IMG/VR virus record: IMGVR_UViG_3300023179_000009
Coordinates: 124,001 to 188,000 of that record
Reading direction: 5' to 3' (one strand)
DNA length: 64,000 bases
Both the position numbers and the translations under genes were made by a program. The notes beneath the pieces are model-generated. The model did not search any database and was not told the DNA's origin. It saw only the letters and a program-made list of their open reading frames with translations. Of the stretch, positions 55,978 through 64,000 are shown one piece after another. How positions within the stretch are numbered: position 1 is the first letter of the stretch; each line of letters begins with the position of its first letter.

Positions 55978-56241
55978 ATGGAAATTGAAAAATTATCAAA
56001 AATAATTTACGCTTTGACACTAAGAGACAGGAAGGATAAACAAAGTTTTTGGTTTGAAAAAGGCTTTAGAAGAATGCACGAAATGGGAATAAACTTACTA
56101 GATTATTGGCAGAAGAAAATACAGTCCAACCCAGAATATTATGAAAAATTAGCTGAGGAAGTTTTTAAAAAATATGAATTTTTAGAAAACAACCCAGAAT
56201 TAAAAAATATTCCTAAACCACCAAAAAATTATGATAAATAA
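55978..56241 (+). CDS. Hypothetical protein
   Basis: 87-aa ORF. Confidence 0.65.
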   Translation: MEIEKLSKIIYALTLRDRKDKQSFWFEKGFRRMHEMGINLLDYWQKKIQSNPEYYEKLAEEVFKKYEFLENNPELKNIPKPPKNYDK

Positions 56242-56632
56242 TGCAAACATTTTAGATTGTTTAATTTTGCTTTCAAAAAATGTAGAATCCTTCAATTTAT
56301 TAAAAAAAGAATTTCCCGATATTCTAGCAGATTTGGTTAGTTTTCAAAATAACAATAACTGTAGTTGTAAAAATAAATTGATTAATTTTTTTATAGAAAA
56401 AATTAATAGTGATTCAAATTTTTTTGATAAATATATAAAAGATAATGATTTTTTTACAAAATTAGATAATTTATCAAAAGAAAAATTAGAAAAAAATTAC
56501 GCCGGTAGGGTTTTTGTTATTGAAAAAAATGAATCTTCTTGGAAACAATTTACTCAAAGTTTAGTTGGTAAAAATTTTAAAATGTTTAGTGTCGCAGAAA
56601 GAGAAGACACAGTAGCTGTTTATTTTTTATGA
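56231..56632 (+). CDS. Hypothetical protein with CxC motif
   Basis: NNCSCKNK; coupled to neighbours. Confidence 0.65.
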   Translation: MINNANILDCLILLSKNVESFNLLKKEFPDILADLVSFQNNNNCSCKNKLINFFIEKINSDSNFFDKYIKDNDFFTKLDNLSKEKLEKNYAGRVFVIEKNESSWKQFTQSLVGKNFKMFSVAEREDTVAVYFL

Positions 56633-56913
56633 TTTTTGTAATTTATCTAATGTCTACTTTGGGAATTTGCTACGCTTGGAGCGACACAGAGGTTAGTGTT
56701 CCTCTGAGAAATTATGTGGCCAGATTTCCTTTTCTAAGAAAGGTTTTACTTTGTCACGAGTGTTCTAGTTTTTGGATAAGTTTAGCAATTAGTTTTTTTA
56801 TTAATCCAGCAGAAGGGTATTGTTTTCCGATAATAAGTAATTTTTTAAGCGCTTTTTGTGGATTTTTTATTAATTTATTTTTTGTTAGAAACAATAAAAT
56901 ACCTTCTAATTAG
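56629..56913 (+). CDS. Small membrane protein with CxxC (DUF1360-like)
   Basis: LRNYV...LLCHECSSFWISL; family recalled, not searched. Confidence 0.55.
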   Translation: MIFVIYLMSTLGICYAWSDTEVSVPLRNYVARFPFLRKVLLCHECSSFWISLAISFFINPAEGYCFPIISNFLSAFCGFFINLFFVRNNKIPSN

Positions 56914-57970
56914 ATATTTTTTGAATTAATTTTATGGATTCTTTCAAAGATATATTTTTTATTTGACATTCCCTTAATCTAAATATTTGATCCAAGTTGT
57001 AATCTTTTGCTTCTTGTGCCCAATCCTCCGATAATATTTTTTTTCTTATATCAATGTCGGGATTATCAAAGCATCTTGTGAATTTAAAACGACTTGGACG
57101 ATTTTTAAGTGCATCATCTACTTTGTTTATGTCATTCACTGTCATGATAAAAACAACATTTTCATATGTGTTGTACACACCATCTAATCCATTTAGTATG
57201 ATATCAAATGTAAACTTGATTTGTTTGTTTTCTCCTCCTCCAAGGATACACTTTCGACCATCAAAATAATTATCAAAATCTTCAAATAAAACTATACATT
57301 TTTTTGGAATTTGCGCAAACAAAAGAAGCAAATCATGATTGGTCCAATCAGGATTTAGTGTAAATATCATGATCGGCAATCTGTATGTTGTTGCCAGATA
57401 TTTTACTAAAGAAGTTTTTCCGTTCCCTGGAGGGCCATATAAAAGTGCCGATGTTTTTTTTCTATCACCAGCAACAACCTCTATGACTTCTTTTTCAAAA
57501 TCTTTCCAAAGAAATTCATTCACTATTGGTGGTGGCGGTGTTTCTTTTAAAGATCCTATTTTGTCAACACCGTATGGCATCATCAACTCCACAGGGATGC
57601 CAAGGTTAATTAGTTGTAGTTCTTTTAACTTTTCTTTTAGAAATTTTTTTATGTTCTTGTATTGCCATCTTAAACAATAAATTGTTGTTATATAATCTTT
57701 GCTACTAAAACCAGCTTGCATCAGCCGTTCGTTGTGATAAATATAGAACCAAGGAGCGTCTTTAAAAAAGCAAAAAGAAGAATATTCAATCGGATGGCGT
57801 TCATCGGACACAAATTCTTCACTTAAAACTATTTGTCTTTGATTTTTAAATAAATCGAATAAAGTTTTAAATGTATTTTCTTCTATCCTTATTTCTATCA
57901 ATATTAAGTACTTAAAAACAGCCCAAACTCCAAATCCTGATGCGATTATTGCTAAAATATTTGATAACAT
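56906..57970 (-). CDS. BCS1-like membrane-anchored AAA ATPase
   Basis: N-terminal TM; LLYGPPGNGKT, VLFEDFD, ILNGLDG, FIMTVND, RPSRF. Confidence 0.85.
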   Translation of the reverse strand: MLSNILAIIASGFGVWAVFKYLILIEIRIEENTFKTLFDLFKNQRQIVLSEEFVSDERHPIEYSSFCFFKDAPWFYIYHNERLMQAGFSSKDYITTIYCLRWQYKNIKKFLKEKLKELQLINLGIPVELMMPYGVDKIGSLKETPPPPIVNEFLWKDFEKEVIEVVAGDRKKTSALLYGPPGNGKTSLVKYLATTYRLPIMIFTLNPDWTNHDLLLLFAQIPKKCIVLFEDFDNYFDGRKCILGGGENKQIKFTFDIILNGLDGVYNTYENVVFIMTVNDINKVDDALKNRPSRFKFTRCFDNPDIDIRKKILSEDWAQEAKDYNLDQIFRLRECQIKNISLKESIKLIQKISN

Positions 57971-58005
57971 TATTATATTTTAGCAATATTTTAAACTTTT
58001 GTAAA

Positions 58006-59496
58006 CTATTTCCAACTTATTGGCTCGCTGCTCTTTTTACGTTTTGTTCCCTTTTTGTTGCAAGCAGATAGAGTTGGCCTACATGCCGGATAACTTCTTT
58101 CGGCTCCCTTGCCTGTTTTTTTTCTTCCACATGGTACCAAATGACCTTTACGGCTTTTTTTACAATCTATCCAGCCCTTTCCATTATTTCTATCAAACCA
58201 CCCTTTAAGTCCACGTTCTTTTTCTAAATCAAATGCTCCTTCTCTGAAGTCTTCAGGTTTTACGGTTCCCTTCGCCACAGATCGTATTCTTGCTGCGAAC
58301 AACCCTGGCCCCACACCCTCAGGTATTTGTTTTCCTAAAGATTGCATTGATTGAATTATTTGTTCGCTAGACATTTGAGATACATCCATGCCTTGATACA
58401 TTAAAGCCATAGCAACGCTCATGGCATCACTGTATTGCTTTGGTTCTTTTAGTTTTTCATCAAGATGAAAAACTTGTTCTTGCATGTGCTTTTTTTTCTT
58501 TTTAGAATTGCCCCAATTTTTAGCACCAACTTTGCGGCACTTTACAAGTGCCCCCGAGTTGCCAGTTATAGTAATCAGCCCGTTGCCATCCGTTTCCTGC
58601 ATCATGACCCAAGTGCCGTTCTCTGTTTGAGGACACCAAACATCCGCTTTTCTTTTTTCTATTAATTTAAAATTTTCTAAATGTTTGGTGCCATTATAAG
58701 CAACATAATGGCAACCATAAACGTTGGTAGTTTTGTGTTTTTTAAATGTTACCAATCCCTTATTTAGAAAAGCAGATATTAGGAATGCATCCCTGTGATT
58801 TATATCTTTTTGTTTAAATCCGAAAGATTGTTTTCCATGTGGTGAACCATACATGTACTCATGATTACTCTCATTCTTCTGCACAGTTAATCTTTGTGTT
58901 TTGATTTGATTTCCATCATAAACTATGGCACTATAAAGCCAACTTTCACGTTGCTCTGGCGAGCAATTCAAAAGATACTCAATCCAATTTGTTTGATATT
59001 TATAAATTTTATCTAAGCTGATTGGATTACCCCCATGGTATTTTGAACTTATGACCAACGCTCTGTTGCTCCCAGATCCCGATACAATTTCTTCAGTTGT
59101 TAACAACCTCATATCATTTACAAGGTCGGTGTGTCTTTTTCTTCCTCTGTTGCCTTTGCATTTAGGGTATTTTACAACCCATTTATGATTTGGGGTGCAT
59201 TCAAATTTCCAACCAGTATTGCCATTTTTAATCACATAAGTTTCAGCATCTTTGTAATTAAACAAATTTAATATTGGCTTAAACTCAAGGCTGTCTTTTT
59301 CAAGATTAAATGTTAGAATTTCTTCTCCAATTTGAAGCTGTTCGTGTGTCTTCCAGCCCTCTCTTGTAAGAGCTTTGGAAGTCTCTACCGGAACACAGGC
59401 ATAAGCTGAAGGCCAAACGGAATACCTGCTTTTTACCTTGTGATAACAAGCATCCTTTTCTTCATTTAACTCAAACCATTCTTTAAAACTTTTCAA
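58006..59496 (-). CDS. CTS-bearing phage hypothetical protein, intein-interrupted
   Basis: TTG start (MKSFKEWFELNEE) with AAGGTGG RBS; spliced extein DACYHKVKSRYSVWPSAYA|SGALVKCRK. Confidence 0.75.
   Translation of the reverse strand: MKSFKEWFELNEEKDACYHKVKSRYSVWPSAYACVPVETSKALTREGWKTHEQLQIGEEILTFNLEKDSLEFKPILNLFNYKDAETYVIKNGNTGWKFECTPNHKWVVKYPKCKGNRGRKRHTDLVNDMRLLTTEEIVSGSGSNRALVISSKYHGGNPISLDKIYKYQTNWIEYLLNCSPEQRESWLYSAIVYDGNQIKTQRLTVQKNESNHEYMYGSPHGKQSFGFKQKDINHRDAFLISAFLNKGLVTFKKHKTTNVYGCHYVAYNGTKHLENFKLIEKRKADVWCPQTENGTWVMMQETDGNGLITITGNSGALVKCRKVGAKNWGNSKKKKKHMQEQVFHLDEKLKEPKQYSDAMSVAMALMYQGMDVSQMSSEQIIQSMQSLGKQIPEGVGPGLFAARIRSVAKGTVKPEDFREGAFDLEKERGLKGWFDRNNGKGWIDCKKSRKGHLVPCGRKKTGKGAERSYPACRPTLSACNKKGTKRKKSSEPISWK
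58558..59397 (-). mobile_element. Intein (280 aa) with degenerate LAGLIDADG-like remnant
   Basis: Starts CVPVETSKALTREGW, block B CTPNHKW, EQRESWLYSAIVYDG, block F DVWCPQTENGTW, ends TGN plus Ser+1. Confidence 0.88.
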
Positions 59497-59708
59497 AATA
59501 CCCACCTTAAAAACAAAAATGCAAACAAAACTATTCCAACAATCATCAAAGTAGTTCCACCAAAAAACCAGAAGGCCAGGAGACCGAGTGCTATTATGGT
59601 AAAAGATTTTTGTTGCTTTGCCTTGTAGTCGAGATAAAGATATCTTCCTATAAAACAAGCACCAACAAGTAAAGATACGATTGCTGCTATTAAAAGATAG
59701 TTTTCCAT
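59493..59708 (-). CDS. Small membrane protein
   Basis: Two or three hydrophobic helices in 71 aa; overlaps the start of the downstream gene. Confidence 0.65.
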   Translation of the reverse strand: MENYLLIAAIVSLLVGACFIGRYLYLDYKAKQQKSFTIIALGLLAFWFFGGTTLMIVGIVLFAFLFLRWVF

Positions 59709-59717
59709 TTTTGCCCT

Positions 59718-59981
59718 CTATAATTTTTTGATTTTTACCACTAAGTCTCCATCACCTTTGATGACACGATGCCATTCATTTGCTTTTATTTTTATTGGTT
59801 TTTGAATACTCTCAGGGAGTTGATTGTCTCTTTGAAACAACCAATTTGTTTGTTTTAAAGGAATCACTAGGCGATCTTCCTTATCTTTGTGCCATTTTAA
59901 TTCATGTGAATGAACGTCCCCAGAAAATGTTCTTACATATTCTTTTGTTGATACTTTTTTTTCTTTAAATGGCAGACTCAT
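59718..59981 (-). CDS. Small cupin-like protein
   Basis: ELKWHKDKEDR...IKANEWHRVIKGDGDLVVKI. Confidence 0.65.
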   Translation of the reverse strand: MSLPFKEKKVSTKEYVRTFSGDVHSHELKWHKDKEDRLVIPLKQTNWLFQRDNQLPESIQKPIKIKANEWHRVIKGDGDLVVKIKKL

Positions 59982-60137
59982 ATAAATATATATATTGATT
60001 GGTTCATTTTCGCTGCCTTTTAATTTGTAAATCGAAGAAGAATGGTGTCAGAATTTAAAGGGTTGCGTAAGTCAATGACTATTTGGTTTTCACCATTTCT
60101 CAAATACGAGATAACGAAATGAACCGTATATACCATT

Positions 60138-60635
60138 ATGCAAACTTTTGAAGAGTGGTTGGTTAAAAACTACCCAGAATCATTGGACGAAAACTGGCGA
60201 AGGACATTGGGTTCTTTTGCTCTTGGTGCCGCTTCTTTTTTGCCCATGGCTAATGCTCAAGCGGCCCCGCCATCTGCCCTCCAAGCAGCCGCAACACAAC
60301 CAGTGTCTCAAAATCAAAAAACAAGATTAGACGCAATGAAAAGAGTCTCCACCGTTCACAAATTCAAGAAGAACTGGGGATCTGAATTCGGATCACAACA
60401 AGAGCAAAAACTTTTTGACACCATACTAAAATTGCAAACAGAGAAGGAACATGATGACCTCTTGAGTAAAATAGAAAAAGATAAAGAAGATTTATTTCGT
60501 TATCAAATGCAAGGACGATATCACCCAGATAAGAACGTCCAACAATCTGAGGTGCGACAAATAAATAATTCAAGAGATTTCCAATATATGGATTACCTCA
60601 AGACACTTGTGATTGCAAGTAAAATTAATCTTTGA
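60138..60635 (+). CDS. Protein with CTS-like N-terminus followed by a hydrophobic segment
   Basis: MQTFEEWL...ENWRRTLGSFALGAASFLPMANAQAA. Confidence 0.7.
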   Translation: MQTFEEWLVKNYPESLDENWRRTLGSFALGAASFLPMANAQAAPPSALQAAATQPVSQNQKTRLDAMKRVSTVHKFKKNWGSEFGSQQEQKLFDTILKLQTEKEHDDLLSKIEKDKEDLFRYQMQGRYHPDKNVQQSEVRQINNSRDFQYMDYLKTLVIASKINL

Positions 60636-60637
60636 AT

Positions 60638-61282
60638 TTACCAAGGGCGACTACTCTTGAGGCCCAAAGATTTTGAATATCGTGCCACGTTGCACGACCA
60701 GTAACCGGGTGTTGTGCGATCTTTCTTTTCGTGACATTTGTGCCTTGCACGAAAACTTTTTGCACGAGCGGGACTATTATTTTTAATGCTAAGACCTGAT
60801 GCCTTTGAGTCTCCAAAACGAACCATTTTAATTCTTCCACTTGGTGTTTTTACGTACACCTTGAATTTTTTAGGACCGCCTGGAGTTCTCATGGGTTTGT
60901 TTAATGGAGGATTCTTTTTTGATTTTGATTTTTTAGATTCATTTAAATTTTTTGATTTATCCAAGAATGGAGCATCCAAATAAATTGTTTTTCCGTTATG
61001 CTCAACCACCATCCCTACATCTGTTTCTAACAAATCGGCATCTTGATCGTTAACTTCTATTAAATTTTTATTATAAAGTTCTCGGGTTTCATTTATTAAA
61101 TCAAAATATGCTTTACTATAAACACGAAATATGTTTTCGCACAAGGATAAATTATTATCTAAATGATATTTTAAATTTTCACTTATTTTTATATTACTCA
61201 GCAGTCTCATTGGGCTGATAATGTTTTGTTCTTTTAGTTTTACAAAATTTGCAAAAGAATAATCTTTGTTTGAATTTATCAT
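60638..61282 (-). CDS. Phage hypothetical protein with basic Cys/His C-terminal domain
   Basis: LNKPMRTPGGPKKFKVYVK...VRFGD...KSFRARHKC...GYWSC, a module I recall from large T4-like phages. Confidence 0.7.
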   Translation of the reverse strand: MINSNKDYSFANFVKLKEQNIISPMRLLSNIKISENLKYHLDNNLSLCENIFRVYSKAYFDLINETRELYNKNLIEVNDQDADLLETDVGMVVEHNGKTIYLDAPFLDKSKNLNESKKSKSKKNPPLNKPMRTPGGPKKFKVYVKTPSGRIKMVRFGDSKASGLSIKNNSPARAKSFRARHKCHEKKDRTTPGYWSCNVARYSKSLGLKSSRPW

Positions 61283-61362
61283 TGTTTATTCATCCGGTTG
61301 AGTTTTGATTAAATAAATGGTATAATTTTTTTTGTATTATTAACTTATTTATGCGGCTTAAA

Positions 61363-62265
61363 ATGAAAATAATAGTCACAGGAAGTTCAGGTTTGGTTGG
61401 AAGTGCATTTAAAAAAATTCAACACGAATATGATCATGATTTTATTTTTTTTTCTAGAAAAGATTGCGATTTACTTAAATTTGACGATTCTATAGATAAA
61501 ATTGCACAACAAAAACCTGACTGCGTAATACATTTGGCAGCAGATGTTGGCGGTTTGTATAAAAATATTCAAAACAATGTTTCTATATTTGAAAATAATA
61601 TTCTAATAAACACAAATATAGTTCGTATATGTTATATTCTTAAATTAAAGTTTGTAGGATGTTTGTCAACATGTGTTTTTCCAGATAACGTGGATTACCC
61701 CATCACAGAAGAATCTTTATTTAACGGACCTCCTCATAATTCTAATTATGGGTATTCTTATGCCAAAAGAATGTTAGAAATTCACTGTAAAGCTTATAGA
61801 GAAAATTATAATTGTGATTTTCGTTGTTTTATACCTACAAACATGTATGGGCCAAATGATAATTTTAACTTAGAACAAGCTCATGTTATACCTTCTCTTG
61901 TTCATCGTTGTTTTGTTGCTAAAAAAAATAACCAAAAATTTGTTGTTTTCGGCACAGGTAAACCATTGAGACAATTTATGTATGCAGAAGATTTTGCTAG
62001 AATTATATTAAATGAGTTTAACAAAGATGACAAAAGATCTAAAATAATTTGCCCAAAAACCGAAAACAGCATTCGAGAAGTTGCACAAATAATATCTGAT
62101 AACTTTAATTATAAAGATAAAATTGTTTTTGATTCAACAAAATCAGATGGGCAATTCAAAAAAACGGCCGCATGTGATATAAATTATAATTTTACAAAAA
62201 TTGAAGATGGGATAAAAGAAACCGTAGATTGGTTTAATAAAAATTATTTACAAGCTCGAAAGTGA
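61363..62265 (+). CDS. fcl: GDP-L-fucose synthase
   Basis: VTGSSGLVG, LSTCVFP, YSYAKR, PTNMYGPNDNF, AHVIPSL, GTGKPLRQF, SDGQFKK. Confidence 0.92.
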   Translation: MKIIVTGSSGLVGSAFKKIQHEYDHDFIFFSRKDCDLLKFDDSIDKIAQQKPDCVIHLAADVGGLYKNIQNNVSIFENNILINTNIVRICYILKLKFVGCLSTCVFPDNVDYPITEESLFNGPPHNSNYGYSYAKRMLEIHCKAYRENYNCDFRCFIPTNMYGPNDNFNLEQAHVIPSLVHRCFVAKKNNQKFVVFGTGKPLRQFMYAEDFARIILNEFNKDDKRSKIICPKTENSIREVAQIISDNFNYKDKIVFDSTKSDGQFKKTAACDINYNFTKIEDGIKETVDWFNKNYLQARK

Positions 62266-62789
62266 ACCGCATGAAAAAAACATTGATTAAAGAAATTAAA
62301 GATGCTTTCATTTTAGAAATAGAAAAGCACGAAGATAATCGTGGGTATTTTCAAGAGACATTCTCTGTATACAAATACATCACGGAGTGTTGGCGTCCAG
62401 CACAAGTAAACGTAAGTTCTTCTAAAAAAAATGTAGTAAGAGGTTTGCACATTGCTCCTTTTAGTAAATTATGCACGTGCATTCGTGGAAAATTATTTGA
62501 TGTGGTTGCGGATTGTAGAAGAAATTCTTCAACATTTGGTAGTTGGTTTGGGATTTGGTTAGATGAAAATTGCAATAAACAAATATATGTGCCAGCGGGA
62601 TGCGCTCACGGCTTTTACTCAGCAGAGGACGATACTATTTTGCTTTATCAGCAAGATTTTCCTTATACTCCAAGCATTGAAAAGCAAATACACTGGAAAG
62701 ATCCTCTGTTTTCTATAGAATGGCCAAACGCAGACAATTATATATTATCTGATAAAGATGCCAACGCTGGAGTTTATGATGTTAATTAG
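62262..62789 (+). CDS. rfbC: dTDP-4-dehydrorhamnose 3,5-epimerase
   Basis: HEDNRGYFQE, SKKNVVRGLH, DVVADCR, YVPAGCAHGF, LSDKD. Confidence 0.9.
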   Translation: MNRMKKTLIKEIKDAFILEIEKHEDNRGYFQETFSVYKYITECWRPAQVNVSSSKKNVVRGLHIAPFSKLCTCIRGKLFDVVADCRRNSSTFGSWFGIWLDENCNKQIYVPAGCAHGFYSAEDDTILLYQQDFPYTPSIEKQIHWKDPLFSIEWPNADNYILSDKDANAGVYDVN

Positions 62790-63240
62790 AAAAATTGATC
62801 ATATTGATTTAAAAGAAATTGAAGAATTGGCAAATAACACCTATCCGGATAATTTTTTTGAATCAGCCGAATCTTTTAGTTCTAAAATTCTAGGATTTCC
62901 AGACGGTTGTTTTGTTTGTGAAGTTGACAAAAAATTAGTTGGATACGTTGTTAGTTTCCCGTCTCGAATAAATTTCGTTGAACCTTTGAACAAGATTTAC
63001 AAAAAGTGCGAAAACGCAAATTGCCACTATATTCACGACGTTTGTGTTAATTCAAATTTTAGAAAAATGGGCGTAGCGAATAACTTATTGAAAAAAATAT
63101 TTGATAAATTTTTTGTTGATTTTGCTCTTGTGGCCGTAATGGGATCAGCAAGTTTTTGGCAAAAATTTGGATTTGAAGTTGTCCAGCAGATCGATTATTA
63201 TAATTCACAGGCCCACTATATGGTTAAAAAACATGGCTAA
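62779..63240 (+). CDS. GNAT family acetyltransferase
   Basis: YIHDVCVNSNFRKMGVA, FWQKFGF. Confidence 0.8.
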   Translation: MLIRKIDHIDLKEIEELANNTYPDNFFESAESFSSKILGFPDGCFVCEVDKKLVGYVVSFPSRINFVEPLNKIYKKCENANCHYIHDVCVNSNFRKMGVANNLLKKIFDKFFVDFALVAVMGSASFWQKFGFEVVQQIDYYNSQAHYMVKKHG

Positions 63241-63604
63241 AAATAATTGTGTTTGCTCTATATGCGGACAGCAAATGGATTTAATTGTATTAAGCCACAA
63301 AAATAAGCCTTTTGTGGATGGAAATTGTTATCCAAAAATTTGCTTTGGTTGTTTTCAAGTTCCAAAACAATTTATAGATTCTTATGACCAAGAGGGATTT
63401 TTAACCTCCCAAGAAGGTCCATTTTATAGTTATAAAGTTTTACACTCTCCGCAAGAACTTGTTGATATCGGATCTGCCGACAATTTGAAACAAGCAAAAA
63501 TTTGTGTTCGTGCGGTAAAAGAAGCAATCAAAAAATCTGATTTGAGCAAACTCAAAAAAACACAATTAAAAAAACCACAACCCGATTTTGAATTAAATGA
63601 TTGA
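63233..63604 (+). CDS. Hypothetical protein with CxxC pairs
   Basis: CSICG...CFGC; start at ATG 63233. Confidence 0.65.
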   Translation: MAKNNCVCSICGQQMDLIVLSHKNKPFVDGNCYPKICFGCFQVPKQFIDSYDQEGFLTSQEGPFYSYKVLHSPQELVDIGSADNLKQAKICVRAVKEAIKKSDLSKLKKTQLKKPQPDFELND

Positions 63605-63635
63605 CTATAAATATTTTTGTTATTAAAATAGAATT

Positions 63636-63791
63636 ATGCATAATTTTGTTTTTTTAATCTTCTTACTTTTACTTATTTTTGTTTTTCTTATTGCTGTTCT
63701 TTTTTGGGGGTTTTTATTTTTTGAATCGTTAAAGAATTTTTGTGAGCAAAATGAAAATAGAAAAAACAAAAAAAGTAAAAACAGTCGATGA
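63636..63791 (+). CDS. 51-aa single-pass membrane protein (not in ORF track)
   Basis: MHNFVFLIFLLLLIFVFLIAVLFWGFLFF then a basic tail; low-complexity T-rich DNA. Confidence 0.4.
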   Translation: MHNFVFLIFLLLLIFVFLIAVLFWGFLFFESLKNFCEQNENRKNKKSKNSR

Positions 63792-64000
63792 AATAATTTG
63801 TGATATTTGCGGCTGTTCTTGCAAAGATATAAATTGCGGAAACGAATATGCTTTTTTAATGGCCGACTGGGGCTATGCATCTAAAAAAGATGGAGCAAAA
63901 TATGATATTCATTTTTGCGAAAATTGCTTTGATGAAACAATAAGATTTTTAAAAAATAAAAGAACAAGCCAACACAAACCCGATCCGCTAGAACCAAATT
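63751..64000 (+). CDS. Zinc-ribbon hypothetical protein (runs off the window)
   Basis: CDICG...WGYASKKDG...HFCENCF; open to position 64000. Confidence 0.7.
   Translation, partial: MKIEKTKKVKTVDEIICDICGCSCKDINCGNEYAFLMADWGYASKKDGAKYDIHFCENCFDETIRFLKNKRTSQHKPDPLEPN

Noticed and set aside
58006-59658. Track start at 59658 for the intein-containing protein
   Set aside because: That extension overlaps the membrane gene 59493..59708; TTG at 59496 has an RBS and gives the CTS-like N-terminus.
359-63880. Many short antisense or overlapping track ORFs (e.g. 359..568-, 3206..3892-, 14204..14389-, 25611..25904-, 44410..44832+, 48541..48930-, 50035..50466-, 63623..63880-)
   Set aside because: They lie opposite well-supported genes or tRNAs, lack RBS and motifs, and read as shadow frames; only 3762..4709 has independent support.
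1-64000. Window as a bacterial (for example CPR) chromosome because of infC, rpsU, def, dnaJ and dnaE
   Set aside because: These genes are isolated from their usual operons (no rpmI-rplT, dnaK-grpE or ribosomal clusters) and are mixed with virion-type and CTS-bearing genes; confirmation needs terminase or capsid genes outside the window.

Overview
AT-rich, gene-dense window that reads as part of a jumbo (T4-like-module) bacteriophage genome rather than a bacterial chromosome. It has scattered host-takeover genes (bS21, IF-3, peptide deformylase, Pth2, DnaJ, PhoH, a sigma-70 factor, dCMP deaminase), a PHP-less DnaE, large virion-type proteins, many glycosyltransferases and nucleotide-sugar enzymes, three tRNAs without encoded CCA, and about ten proteins with a T4 capsid-targeting-like peptide. 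Two proteins resemble Planctomycetota families from my recollection, so a planctomycete host is inferred. Main observations: (1) The DnaE intein starts with Thr and carries its Vsr/DUF559-like homing endonuclease as a separate gene with its own RBS in the +1 frame, while the intein frame stays open across about 316 overlapping codons. (2) A Ro60/TROVE gene is followed by a promoter, a tRNA-like RNA with a hairpin inserted in the anticodon loop, and two paralogous Y-RNA-like RNAs with compensatory stem changes. (3) A complete E2-JAB-E1-Ubl ubiquitin-like operon. (4) An unlisted 59-aa peptide with 10 Cys coupled to an adenylate-forming enzyme. (5) A putative phosphothreonine lyase fused to an FHA domain. 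(6) Non-canonical tRNA-Gly and tRNA-Cys. (7) A candidate structured ncRNA of about 440 nt. All family calls come from motif recognition by eye; no searches were run.
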